This document shows positions 56,684 through 64,000 of a stretch of 64,000 nucleotides of DNA, piece by piece (positions within the stretch are counted from its first letter, which is position 1; the number at the start of each line of letters is the position of its first letter). The notes beneath the pieces were generated by a model. That model worked only from the letters and a program-made list of their open reading frames with translations, was not told the origin of the DNA and ran no database searches. Origin of the DNA: Chlamydiota bacterium (GTDB taxonomy: Bacteria; Chlamydiota; Chlamydiia; Chlamydiales; SM23-39); NCBI GenBank assembly GCA_038534095.1, contig JBCAXK010000004.1, forward strand, positions 1,300 to 65,299, written 5' to 3'. Both the position numbers and the translations under genes were made by a program.

Positions 56684-56711
56684 TTACAAAAGCAAGGCAA
56701 AATACTGCCTT
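56684..56711 (-). terminator. Possible weak terminator after rimO
   Basis: 6-bp stem AAGGCA/TGCCTT with a 6-nt loop, followed on the minus strand by GCTTTTGT. Confidence 0.3.
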
Positions 56712-56740
56712 TACGAGGATGTTACCCCAAGGAAAAAATT

Positions 56741-58111
56741 TCAACCGACGACTGTTAGAGGCGAGTTGCTCGAAGCTTTTGCAAGAACCTTTCCGACAAG
56801 ATCGTACCCGTTCACATCGGTAATTTCTACCTCATACCTCTGATAAAGCGCATCTACAATTTCAAAATCATTGAGAATCACAATCCCGTCTACATCGGGA
56901 GCTTGTCCATAATACCTGCCACGTAAAAGGTAGGAAGACTCTTCGTGGTACCCCTCAACAATCACAGATAACCTTTTTCCAATAAGACGTTGATTATTTT
57001 TCTGAGCGCTTTTTTCTTGCGCCTGCATCAACCGATGGTAACGCTCATTTTTGATCTCTTCTGGGAGATGCCCGCTGAGCTTATGGGAGTACGAACCTTT
57101 TTCCCGGGAATACATAAAGACGCCCGCGTGATGGAAATGCCCCTCTTCTACAAATGCAAGAAGCTCTGCAAACTCCTCTTCTGTTTCTCCGGGGAACCCG
57201 ACCATAAGACTTGTTCGGATCACGACACCGGGCAAATGTTTTTTGAGGGTTTCAATGGTGGTAAGAATGTCTTTTTTTGAGGTTTTTCGGTGCATTTTCC
57301 GAAGAATTCGGTCCGAAATATGTTGGATTGGCATATCGAGATAGCGGCAAATTCTTCGATCACTCGCCATGATCTCGATCAGCTCTTCATCAATTTCATC
57401 GGGATATAAGTACAAAAAGCGGAGCCAATAATCCCCTTTTTCCTCTAGCATGGCCCGAACGAGGTGATGTAAGCCCTGTTTTTCTTTCCGATCTTTTCCA
57501 TAATCGCCAAGATCTTGCGCAATCAAGATCACTTCCTCCACCCCATCTTGCAAAAGACTGCGAAACTCTTTTAAGACTCTTGCTTCTGTTTTGCTCCGAA
57601 GGGGTCCTTTGATATCGGGAATAATGCAAAAAGAGCACCTCTTTTTGCACCCCTCAGCAATTTTTATGTAGGCATAATTCTGGGGCGTGATCCGAAATTC
57701 TGGCACCTCTCCTGAGGCCAAATAAGACCTGGCGTCTGATACCATTTGCCCTCTATTCCCTCGAACTGCGTCGATGATGTGCTCCACATCTCCAGAACCA
57801 AGTAAGTAATGGACCCCTGGATACTCGGCTTCAATCACGTGACGATAATTTTGTACCATGCAGCCAGCAACCACGACTTTTGCCGAAGACTTTTTCGTAG
57901 CAAAAATCTCGCCTAGAACATCGAGCGCCTCTTGCCTAGATGCCTCCAAAAAACCGCACGTGTTGACGATTAAATAATCGGCCTTCTCCTCTTCACCTGT
58001 GATTTCGTAACCGTTTTTCAAAAGTTTTGCGATCATTTCTTCACTGTCCACGAGGTTTCTTGCGCACCCTAAAGAGGTGAAATGGAATTTATTGCGTCTT
58101 ATTCGGAGCAT
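56741..58111 (-). CDS. rimO: Radical-SAM methylthiotransferase, RimO-like (ribosomal protein S12)
   Basis: N-terminal FTSLGCARNLVDSE, radical-SAM CxxxCxxC (CKKRCSFC) and a C-terminal TRAM-like domain. Confidence 0.75.
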   Translation of the reverse strand: MLRIRRNKFHFTSLGCARNLVDSEEMIAKLLKNGYEITGEEEKADYLIVNTCGFLEASRQEALDVLGEIFATKKSSAKVVVAGCMVQNYRHVIEAEYPGVHYLLGSGDVEHIIDAVRGNRGQMVSDARSYLASGEVPEFRITPQNYAYIKIAEGCKKRCSFCIIPDIKGPLRSKTEARVLKEFRSLLQDGVEEVILIAQDLGDYGKDRKEKQGLHHLVRAMLEEKGDYWLRFLYLYPDEIDEELIEIMASDRRICRYLDMPIQHISDRILRKMHRKTSKKDILTTIETLKKHLPGVVIRTSLMVGFPGETEEEFAELLAFVEEGHFHHAGVFMYSREKGSYSHKLSGHLPEEIKNERYHRLMQAQEKSAQKNNQRLIGKRLSVIVEGYHEESSYLLRGRYYGQAPDVDGIVILNDFEIVDALYQRYEVEITDVNGYDLVGKVLAKASSNSPLTVVG

Positions 58112-58144
58112 ATTTACACTAAATTGGATTGGAAAGTGCTTATT

Positions 58145-59062
58145 ATGATGAAATTCTGGATAAAAAAAAGCGTTATTTATCTTTTTTCTTCTTTTATTGT
58201 TCTCACAGCGACTTTTTGCGCCCTGCGCGCAATACCGGGAGATCCTTTTACAAGGGAGATGACTCTTCCAAGAGAGATCGTGCTTGCATTAAGGAGCCAT
58301 TACGGCCTAGATGAGCCTCTCCTCTTCCAATATTTCTCCTATCTGCAAAAAATGGCAACGCTCAATTTTGGCCCTTCTTTAACTTATGAAGGGAGAACTG
58401 TTGGTGAGCTGATTCAAGAGGCGCTTCCTATCTCATTTCTTTTAGGCCTATTGAGTGGTATGTTCTCCCTATTTTTCGGGTACACGTTAGGACTTTTCTT
58501 TGCAAAAATCCCCCAAAAATCCTCCATCACCCGATTCGTGAACGCAGCTTGTCTCAGCGTTCCTACATTTGTTCTCGCCCCTTTTTTACAATATTTTTTC
58601 TCACTAAAATGGTCGATATTTCCCATTGGAGGCTGTGCTGGAATCGATAGTTTAGTACTTCCAATACTTACGCTATCTTTTATTCCCATCTTTCAAATTG
58701 CAAAAATTGTGCACGCAAGCACCCGAGCAATTTTGCAAGAGGACTACATCAAAACGGTCCGAGCAAAAGGGATGGGAGAAAAAGAGTTATGGAGATCACA
58801 TGTGAATAAAAACGCTCTTATCCCCGTACTCGATTACTTAGTTCCTCTAACCTCCTATTTGCTCATGGGAAGTTTTGTCGTAGAACAAACCTTTTCTCTG
58901 CCGGGTCTTGGGCAACTGATGGTGCGTAGCATTGAGTCGCGCGATTACGGCTGCGTCATGGGTCTTGTGTTTGTCTACTGTTTGGTTCTTTTCTCTGTGG
59001 AGTGGCTTGTGAGCGCATTAAAACCCCATCTTGATCCAAGGATGCGTCATGAAATTGCCTAA
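58145..59062 (+). CDS. Oligopeptide/dipeptide ABC transporter permease (OppB/DppB-like)
   Basis: The N-terminus KKSVIYLF...LPGDP and the EAA-loop region DYIKTVRAKG are present. Confidence 0.8.
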   Translation: MMKFWIKKSVIYLFSSFIVLTATFCALRAIPGDPFTREMTLPREIVLALRSHYGLDEPLLFQYFSYLQKMATLNFGPSLTYEGRTVGELIQEALPISFLLGLLSGMFSLFFGYTLGLFFAKIPQKSSITRFVNAACLSVPTFVLAPFLQYFFSLKWSIFPIGGCAGIDSLVLPILTLSFIPIFQIAKIVHASTRAILQEDYIKTVRAKGMGEKELWRSHVNKNALIPVLDYLVPLTSYLLMGSFVVEQTFSLPGLGQLMVRSIESRDYGCVMGLVFVYCLVLFSVEWLVSALKPHLDPRMRHEIA

Positions 59063-59831
59063 ATGCAGCCTAGGATTTCTCCTTTTAGCCCTGGTCTTTG
59101 TGTGCATAGGCCAACTATTTTCTCCTAAAGAAACGATTATTTTAAGCAAGATCCATCTCTCGCCCTCTTTTTCCCACCCTTTTGGGACTGATGATCTCGG
59201 TCGAGATCTCTTTCTCCTTTGTTGCAATGGACTGAAAACTTCCTTAACAATTGGCCTCATTGCCGCCTTTTTTGATCTTTTCATCGGCGTTCCTTATGGC
59301 GCTTTAGCAGGATTTTACGAAGGATCCCTCTCTGTTGCGATGCTACGCCTTGCCGATATCTTGCACATCATTCCCCTCATCTTACAAATTCTACTCTTCA
59401 TGAGCATCTTTGGATCGGGCCTTTTCCCCATTGTTTTATCTCTGTTTTTAAGTAGCTGGACAACAATGGCGCGCGTTGTCTCTAGTCAGGCGCGTATTTT
59501 ACGAAGTAAACCCTTTGTCCTATATGCCAACATGATGGGAGCATCCTACCTGCACATTTTTTCCACCCATTTGCTCAAAAATCTTTGGACGTTCATCACA
59601 CCTATTCTCACCTACACAATCCCAAAAGCCGTCTTTACAGAAGCCTTTCTAAGCTTTTTGGGCATGGGAATTTCTCCCCCAGCAAGTTCTTTAGGGATGC
59701 TGATCGCGCAAGGGATGGCCACTATGGAATTTTTCCCATGGCGCCTTTTCTTCCCTTCCCTTCTCCTTTTTGCTGTTTTACTCTCTTTGCACAATGTCGG
59801 AAACTTTTTACAAAGAGACGCTCCTTTATGA
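59049..59831 (+). CDS. Oligopeptide/dipeptide ABC transporter permease (OppC/DppC-like)
   Basis: HPFGTDDLGRD motif and a BPD-type permease core. It overlaps the upstream permease gene by 14 nt. Confidence 0.8.
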   Translation: MKLPKCSLGFLLLALVFVCIGQLFSPKETIILSKIHLSPSFSHPFGTDDLGRDLFLLCCNGLKTSLTIGLIAAFFDLFIGVPYGALAGFYEGSLSVAMLRLADILHIIPLILQILLFMSIFGSGLFPIVLSLFLSSWTTMARVVSSQARILRSKPFVLYANMMGASYLHIFSTHLLKNLWTFITPILTYTIPKAVFTEAFLSFLGMGISPPASSLGMLIAQGMATMEFFPWRLFFPSLLLFAVLLSLHNVGNFLQRDAPL

Positions 59832-60502
59832 AAAAAAAGTTGCTCACTTTTGAAAAGGTTTCTCTAATGATCGGGGAGGAGAGGCTACTTGCTCCCTTTT
59901 CTTTCACCTTGCATGAAGGGGAAGCTATCGGTCTTGTAGGCCCCTCTGGAGCGGGAAAAAGCCAGTTGTTACAGGCGATCGTGGGCCTGTCTAAAGCAAG
60001 AGTGGAGGGGAAGATCCTGTACAAAGACCGCCCCCTTCACTGCCTAAGAAAAGAGGAGTTACAAGCCATTCGAGGAAAAGAGATCGGACTGATTTTACAA
60101 AATCCGTTTGCGCAGTTCAATCCTACAAGGACGGTTGGCGCGCAGCTTCTAGAAAGCTTTTCTACGAAAACCAAAAACCGTGAGGAGCGCGCCTTAGAGG
60201 CAGTCACTCTTTTGGATCAGCTCCATATTGAGGATCCCACCAAACTGCTAGCCTCTTTTCCCCATGAAGTGAGCGGCGGGATGTTGCAAAGAGCGCTGAT
60301 TGCGATGTTCCTGCTGATAAAACCATCTGTTTTGCTCAGTGATGAGACAACAACCGCCTTAGATCCGGTGAGCATACATCACCTGTTTCGGGTGCTAAAA
60401 ACATCGGATACCTCCCATATTTTTGTGACGCACAATCAAAAAGCGGCCAGCTACTTTTGTGACCGGGTCTTTTTCATCAAAGAGGGGGTCTTATGCTCTT
60501 AA
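59828..60502 (+). CDS. Peptide ABC transporter ATP-binding protein (OppD-like), short
   Basis: Walker A GPSGAGKS, signature VSGGMLQR, Walker B LLSDETT. ATGA overlap with the permease stop. Confidence 0.8.
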   Translation: MKKKLLTFEKVSLMIGEERLLAPFSFTLHEGEAIGLVGPSGAGKSQLLQAIVGLSKARVEGKILYKDRPLHCLRKEELQAIRGKEIGLILQNPFAQFNPTRTVGAQLLESFSTKTKNREERALEAVTLLDQLHIEDPTKLLASFPHEVSGGMLQRALIAMFLLIKPSVLLSDETTTALDPVSIHHLFRVLKTSDTSHIFVTHNQKAASYFCDRVFFIKEGVLCS

Positions 60503-61236
60503 AATTATCCCAGGTAAGCAAAGTATTTTCTCCAGGAACGGCCCAAGAAAAGCGGGCTCTAAACAACGTAAACTTATCGTTACAAGAAAATGAGGTGCAC
60601 GCTCTTGTAGGGAGATCTGGCTCGGGAAAATCTACAATCGCCTACCTCATCATGGGGCAGATCGCCCCAACCGAAGGGAGCCTGTTTTTTCTAGAAAACC
60701 GCCTGTCAAAAGAAAGGGGCTCGGCTCTCCGATCGGAGATACAGATGATTTTTCAAGATCCATCAGGATCGCTCAATCCCTATTTATCGCTTAGACAAAT
60801 CTTAGAAGAGCCTACCCATATTCTTGGGAAAAAGCTCTCTTGGGAGGGTTTGTGTGCGCTTTTTGATTCTGTCGAATTGCCGCGGAGTTATCTGAAGAAA
60901 TTCCCTAAGGAATGCAGCGGCGGCGAGCTGCAAAGAGTCAGTATTGCTAGAAGCTTGAGCGTAAAACCCAAACTTCTGATTTGTGATGAAATTTTAGCTT
61001 CACTAGATCAACCAAAACAAGAACAGGTCATCTTGTTATTAGAAAACTTGCTGCAAGAAAACCGCTTGAGTTGCCTGTTCATCACGCACAATCTTTCTTT
61101 AGCAGAAAAGTTGAGCCACAAAACCACCGTTTTGCTCCATGGGGAAGTGGTGGAGCAAGGAAAAACAAAAGAGGTGTTTGACAATCCTCAGCATCCCTAC
61201 ACGCAAGATCTCATCACCTTTGGCGCTTTGTTTTAA
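60493..61236 (+). CDS. Peptide ABC transporter ATP-binding protein (OppF-like)
   Basis: Walker A GRSGSGKST, signature CSGGELQR, Walker B LICDEIL. Confidence 0.85.
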   Translation: MLLKLSQVSKVFSPGTAQEKRALNNVNLSLQENEVHALVGRSGSGKSTIAYLIMGQIAPTEGSLFFLENRLSKERGSALRSEIQMIFQDPSGSLNPYLSLRQILEEPTHILGKKLSWEGLCALFDSVELPRSYLKKFPKECSGGELQRVSIARSLSVKPKLLICDEILASLDQPKQEQVILLLENLLQENRLSCLFITHNLSLAEKLSHKTTVLLHGEVVEQGKTKEVFDNPQHPYTQDLITFGALF

Positions 61237-62192
61237 GACGCTTCGCTAGAAGCGGCTTTTTTTTCAAGGGCGCTACGCAAATTTTTGGGAAGATCAAACA
61301 CCACTTCTTCTTTTTTGTGCAAAACCTCCTCGATACTCGTCACACCTAGCTCTTGCAACCGCTCGATGCATTTTTGCACAACCGTTTCTGGGGTCGAGGC
61401 TCCTGCGCTCATGCCAATCACCTGGCAACTTTGCAGCCAGTCGGGATCAATCTCCTGTTCATCATTGATCAAATACGCGTTAGGCCCCTCACTCTTTGCA
61501 ATCTCGCAAAGGCGATTCGAGTTGGAGCTCGTGGAGTCTCCTACAACAAGAAAGAGGTCGGTGGTTTTAGCAAATTGACGTAATGCAACCTGCCGGTTTG
61601 TTGTCGCATAACAGATCGAAGAAGAGGGCAACGTTTCTATCTGCGGATACTTCTCGACAAGTTTTTGTACAATTTGCTCCACATCTAGTACGCTCAAAGT
61701 GGTCTGCGTGAGGTAAAAAAGGGGATCACTGGGAGAAAATGTCAGCCGATCGACATCGCTTGGATTTTCCACAATGTGCGTAGCTTCTGGAGCTTCCCCA
61801 GCAGTGCCAATCACCTCAACATGATCTTTATGACCAATCAAAATGATTTTGTACCCCCGTTTCGCCCACCTTTTTGCTGCTGAATGGACCTTGGTCACTA
61901 AGCCGCAAGTCGCATCAATTTCGGTGAGGCGCCTATCCTTAGCTTCCTGTCGAACTTGGGGAGAAACCCCATGGGCCGAATAAATAATCACAGAACCTTC
62001 TGGCACAAGAGAGAGATCTTCGATGAAACGAGCCCCTTTTTCCTCTAAATAGGAAATCACATGCTTATTGTGCACAATTTCATGCTTTACGTAGACGGGA
62101 GGCCGGTAGAGCTCTAAGGTTTTTTCTACCGTATGAATCGCTCTTTCGACTCCGGCGCAAAAACCCCTAGGACTTGCGATAAGAAGTTTCAT
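61233..62192 (-). CDS. ispH: 4-hydroxy-3-methylbut-2-enyl diphosphate reductase
   Basis: PRGFCAGVERAI, SAHGVSP, ATCGLVTKVH and ICYATTNRQ, with the three cluster cysteines in place. Confidence 0.9.
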   Translation of the reverse strand: MKLLIASPRGFCAGVERAIHTVEKTLELYRPPVYVKHEIVHNKHVISYLEEKGARFIEDLSLVPEGSVIIYSAHGVSPQVRQEAKDRRLTEIDATCGLVTKVHSAAKRWAKRGYKIILIGHKDHVEVIGTAGEAPEATHIVENPSDVDRLTFSPSDPLFYLTQTTLSVLDVEQIVQKLVEKYPQIETLPSSSICYATTNRQVALRQFAKTTDLFLVVGDSTSSNSNRLCEIAKSEGPNAYLINDEQEIDPDWLQSCQVIGMSAGASTPETVVQKCIERLQELGVTSIEEVLHKKEEVVFDLPKNLRSALEKKAASSEAS

Positions 62193-62210
62193 AAATGAGA
62201 TGGGCTCGCG

Positions 62211-64000
62211 TTAGTGCACATCGGCTGCGCACCTAAAACCGTAAGTACGGTTGACTGTTCCAGGGTTATTCCGATGCCTATGAGAATACCGTAGATCTTC
62301 TTTCAAACTTTTCCAACAACCACCACGAAGTACTCTGTAGACTCCTTGCAAAGGACCTTTCGGATTTTCTGGCTCCTGCAAAGAAGCGTCGTAATAATTG
62401 TATGCATACCAATCTTCACACCACTCGTACACGTTCCCTGCCATATCGTAAAGGGAGAAAAACCCTGCAGGATAGCTCATTACAGGGGTGGTATCACTAC
62501 TGAAGAAATTGGCTTGGTTTCTCTCTATTTGATCGCCTGTAGGGTAGACGCCCGTATCTTTTCCTCCACAGCCGGCCACTTCCCATTCCGCTTCTGTAGG
62601 CAGCCTTTTTCCTATCCATTTCGCATAAGCCACCGATCCGTACCAAGTGACACCTACAACCGGATGTTTGTTGTAGCCAGATTCGATAATGAACTTACCC
62701 GCTGTCTTTTTGATTCTTGAATCCCTTAGACGGATAATGTCGTTGTTATTCCCATCTTTTTCTCCGCCCATAGCCATCAAAAAACGAACAAACTGCTCAT
62801 TTGTTACAGGGTGAATATCGATAGCAAAACTGCTCAACGTCACTGCGTGACGGGGCATCTCATCCCGGGCTCCTGTATTGCTCCCTCGAAAATAGGTTCC
62901 TCCAGGGATGATCACCATTTCGGAGAAAATGGGTTCCACTTCACGAATCTCCACCTTAGTAGGCTCATAACGTGATACGCTAAGCTCTCTTTGAAAAATG
63001 GCTCCTGGATCTGGTTCGTAAATAGGACGTTCGATTTTCGGAGGATTGATCACAGGTTTTAGAGCAGATGGAGGAGCAGGAAATGCGTAGTAGGCTGAGG
63101 GTTTCTCCCCTCTAACCGCACGTTCGAAAGGGAAGGACATTTGCATCTTATCCTCTACCCGCTTTTCGATCGCTTTCCAAGGAAACAGCGTCAGATTTTT
63201 TTCTTCGGAAGGAGTATTTTCTTCTTTTGTGCTCGAAGAGGAGGTGTCATCAGCCTTTTTATGTAAAAGATCTTGCATCGTTTTTTCAATATAGGCAGGC
63301 CTTTTTGCAGGGTCCTTATCTAGTACGTAGCGGAGTAAAAGATCCCAAGAAAGATGCATGGTAGGCGCTAATTTTGCAATCGGCTCAATCATCGCTTCGG
63401 GAAACTCTTTCGTTAGCAAGTAATACGCAAGGACGCCAAAGGCATAAACATCTGACCTAGAATCCTGTTGCGCATTTGATAAACACTGTTTTTGCTCTGG
63501 GGCCAAGAAATGAAAATTCCGAATATAAGAGCGGTAGTGTTTGTAATCTTCCATCCCCTTTTCCGATTGAAAACTTTCGGCAATGTTCACGTACGCTTGG
63601 AGCAAACATCTGCCTATCCCTAAAAGTTGCATAAGACCAAAATCGCTCAAAAACACCTGCAAAGAACGGTCCTTTTTTTGCACTAAGATATTGCTCAGTT
63701 TCAGAGCTCCATGGATCCAATGACCATCTCCTTTGGTCACTGTATGCGCGTAATCAAGGGCAGATCCGACTTGCAATAGAATCTGTTCAATTTCTGACTC
63801 TGAAAGAACGGTTCCTTGTAAATCGAGGTAACTATCGAGATTCATGACCTGACCAGACTGATCCACAATGGGATCCATCACAATAAAATATTTTCCATCT
63901 GCAAAGGAAATATTGTGGATTTTCACAATCGAAGGGTGGTCTAACTGCGCTAAGGAAGAAACATTTTTCTCAAACCTTTCCACAAATGTGGGATCAGCAA
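62211..64000 (-). CDS. Ser/Thr protein kinase-like domain fused to C-terminal FGE/SUMF1-type domain; N-terminus beyond window edge
   Basis: Kinase subdomains are visible (HGALKLSNILV, SDFG, LAPEQ). The C-terminal half has FGE-family motifs (PVVGVTWY, GNVYEWCEDWY, RVLRGGCW, YGFRCA). The reading frame remains open to nt 64000. Confidence 0.8.
   Translation of the reverse strand, partial: ADPTFVERFEKNVSSLAQLDHPSIVKIHNISFADGKYFIVMDPIVDQSGQVMNLDSYLDLQGTVLSESEIEQILLQVGSALDYAHTVTKGDGHWIHGALKLSNILVQKKDRSLQVFLSDFGLMQLLGIGRCLLQAYVNIAESFQSEKGMEDYKHYRSYIRNFHFLAPEQKQCLSNAQQDSRSDVYAFGVLAYYLLTKEFPEAMIEPIAKLAPTMHLSWDLLLRYVLDKDPAKRPAYIEKTMQDLLHKKADDTSSSSTKEENTPSEEKNLTLFPWKAIEKRVEDKMQMSFPFERAVRGEKPSAYYAFPAPPSALKPVINPPKIERPIYEPDPGAIFQRELSVSRYEPTKVEIREVEPIFSEMVIIPGGTYFRGSNTGARDEMPRHAVTLSSFAIDIHPVTNEQFVRFLMAMGGEKDGNNNDIIRLRDSRIKKTAGKFIIESGYNKHPVVGVTWYGSVAYAKWIGKRLPTEAEWEVAGCGGKDTGVYPTGDQIERNQANFFSSDTTPVMSYPAGFFSLYDMAGNVYEWCEDWYAYNYYDASLQEPENPKGPLQGVYRVLRGGCWKSLKEDLRYSHRHRNNPGTVNRTYGFRCAADVH

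Noticed and set aside
56439-56740. ORFs of 92-136 aa overlapping the spacer between the sugar-porter gene and rimO
   Set aside because: They overlap one another and the ends of flanking genes. They lack SD sequences and give low-complexity or Cys/Arg-rich products, so they are likely non-coding promoter or terminator space.
59585-59827. Upstream 81-codon extension of the OppD-like ORF
   Set aside because: The extension lies entirely within the OppC-like gene in another frame. The ATPase homology begins at the ATG at 59828, which forms an ATGA overlap with the permease stop.

Overview
This 64-kb window is gene-dense (about 60 CDS, 2 tRNAs, no rRNA, no CRISPR, no intact mobile element). It looks like chromosome from a member of the Chlamydiae, probably an environmental, amoeba-associated lineage rather than Chlamydiaceae. 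This assignment is an inference from gene content. It rests on the long insert-containing IspG plus IspH, adjacent leuS and Kdo transferase, an Hc2-like lysine-rich histone and SET-domain proteins. A TLC/NTT-like transporter, a DhnA/FbaB-type class I aldolase and a Ser/Thr-kinase-like protein fused to an FGE/SUMF1 domain also fit. Core functions: ispG, msrBA, leuS, waaA, tRNA-fMet and tRNA-Met, tpx, HIT, rlmB, adk, tsaC/sua5, gloB, SOD, glmS, rimO, an oppBCDF-like transporter and ispH. Accessory content is substantial. (1) An AT-rich, orphan-rich stretch (about 15.8-21.1 kb) ends in a eukaryote-type class I cyclic-nucleotide phosphodiesterase and contains an Inc-like membrane protein and an LRR fragment. 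(2) Two translationally coupled SET-domain genes are present, one with a membrane anchor. (3) A sugar-porter/xylB/xylA/fbaB cluster is present. (4) Adenylate kinase has an apparent signal peptide and lies next to an exported EEP-family lipoprotein. (5) An HD-domain dNTPase-like gene overlaps an NTT-like transporter gene. (6) Other eukaryote-like genes include TMEM14 and GT61. (7) The kinase-FGE fusion has HGA in place of the catalytic HRD. (8) A decayed IS630-type transposase remnant is present. No single self-evident novel multi-gene system such as a defence island could be demonstrated. The strongest candidates for new biology are the class I PDE and its island and the tandem SET pair. All functional calls come from motif recognition by eye, and no database search was run.
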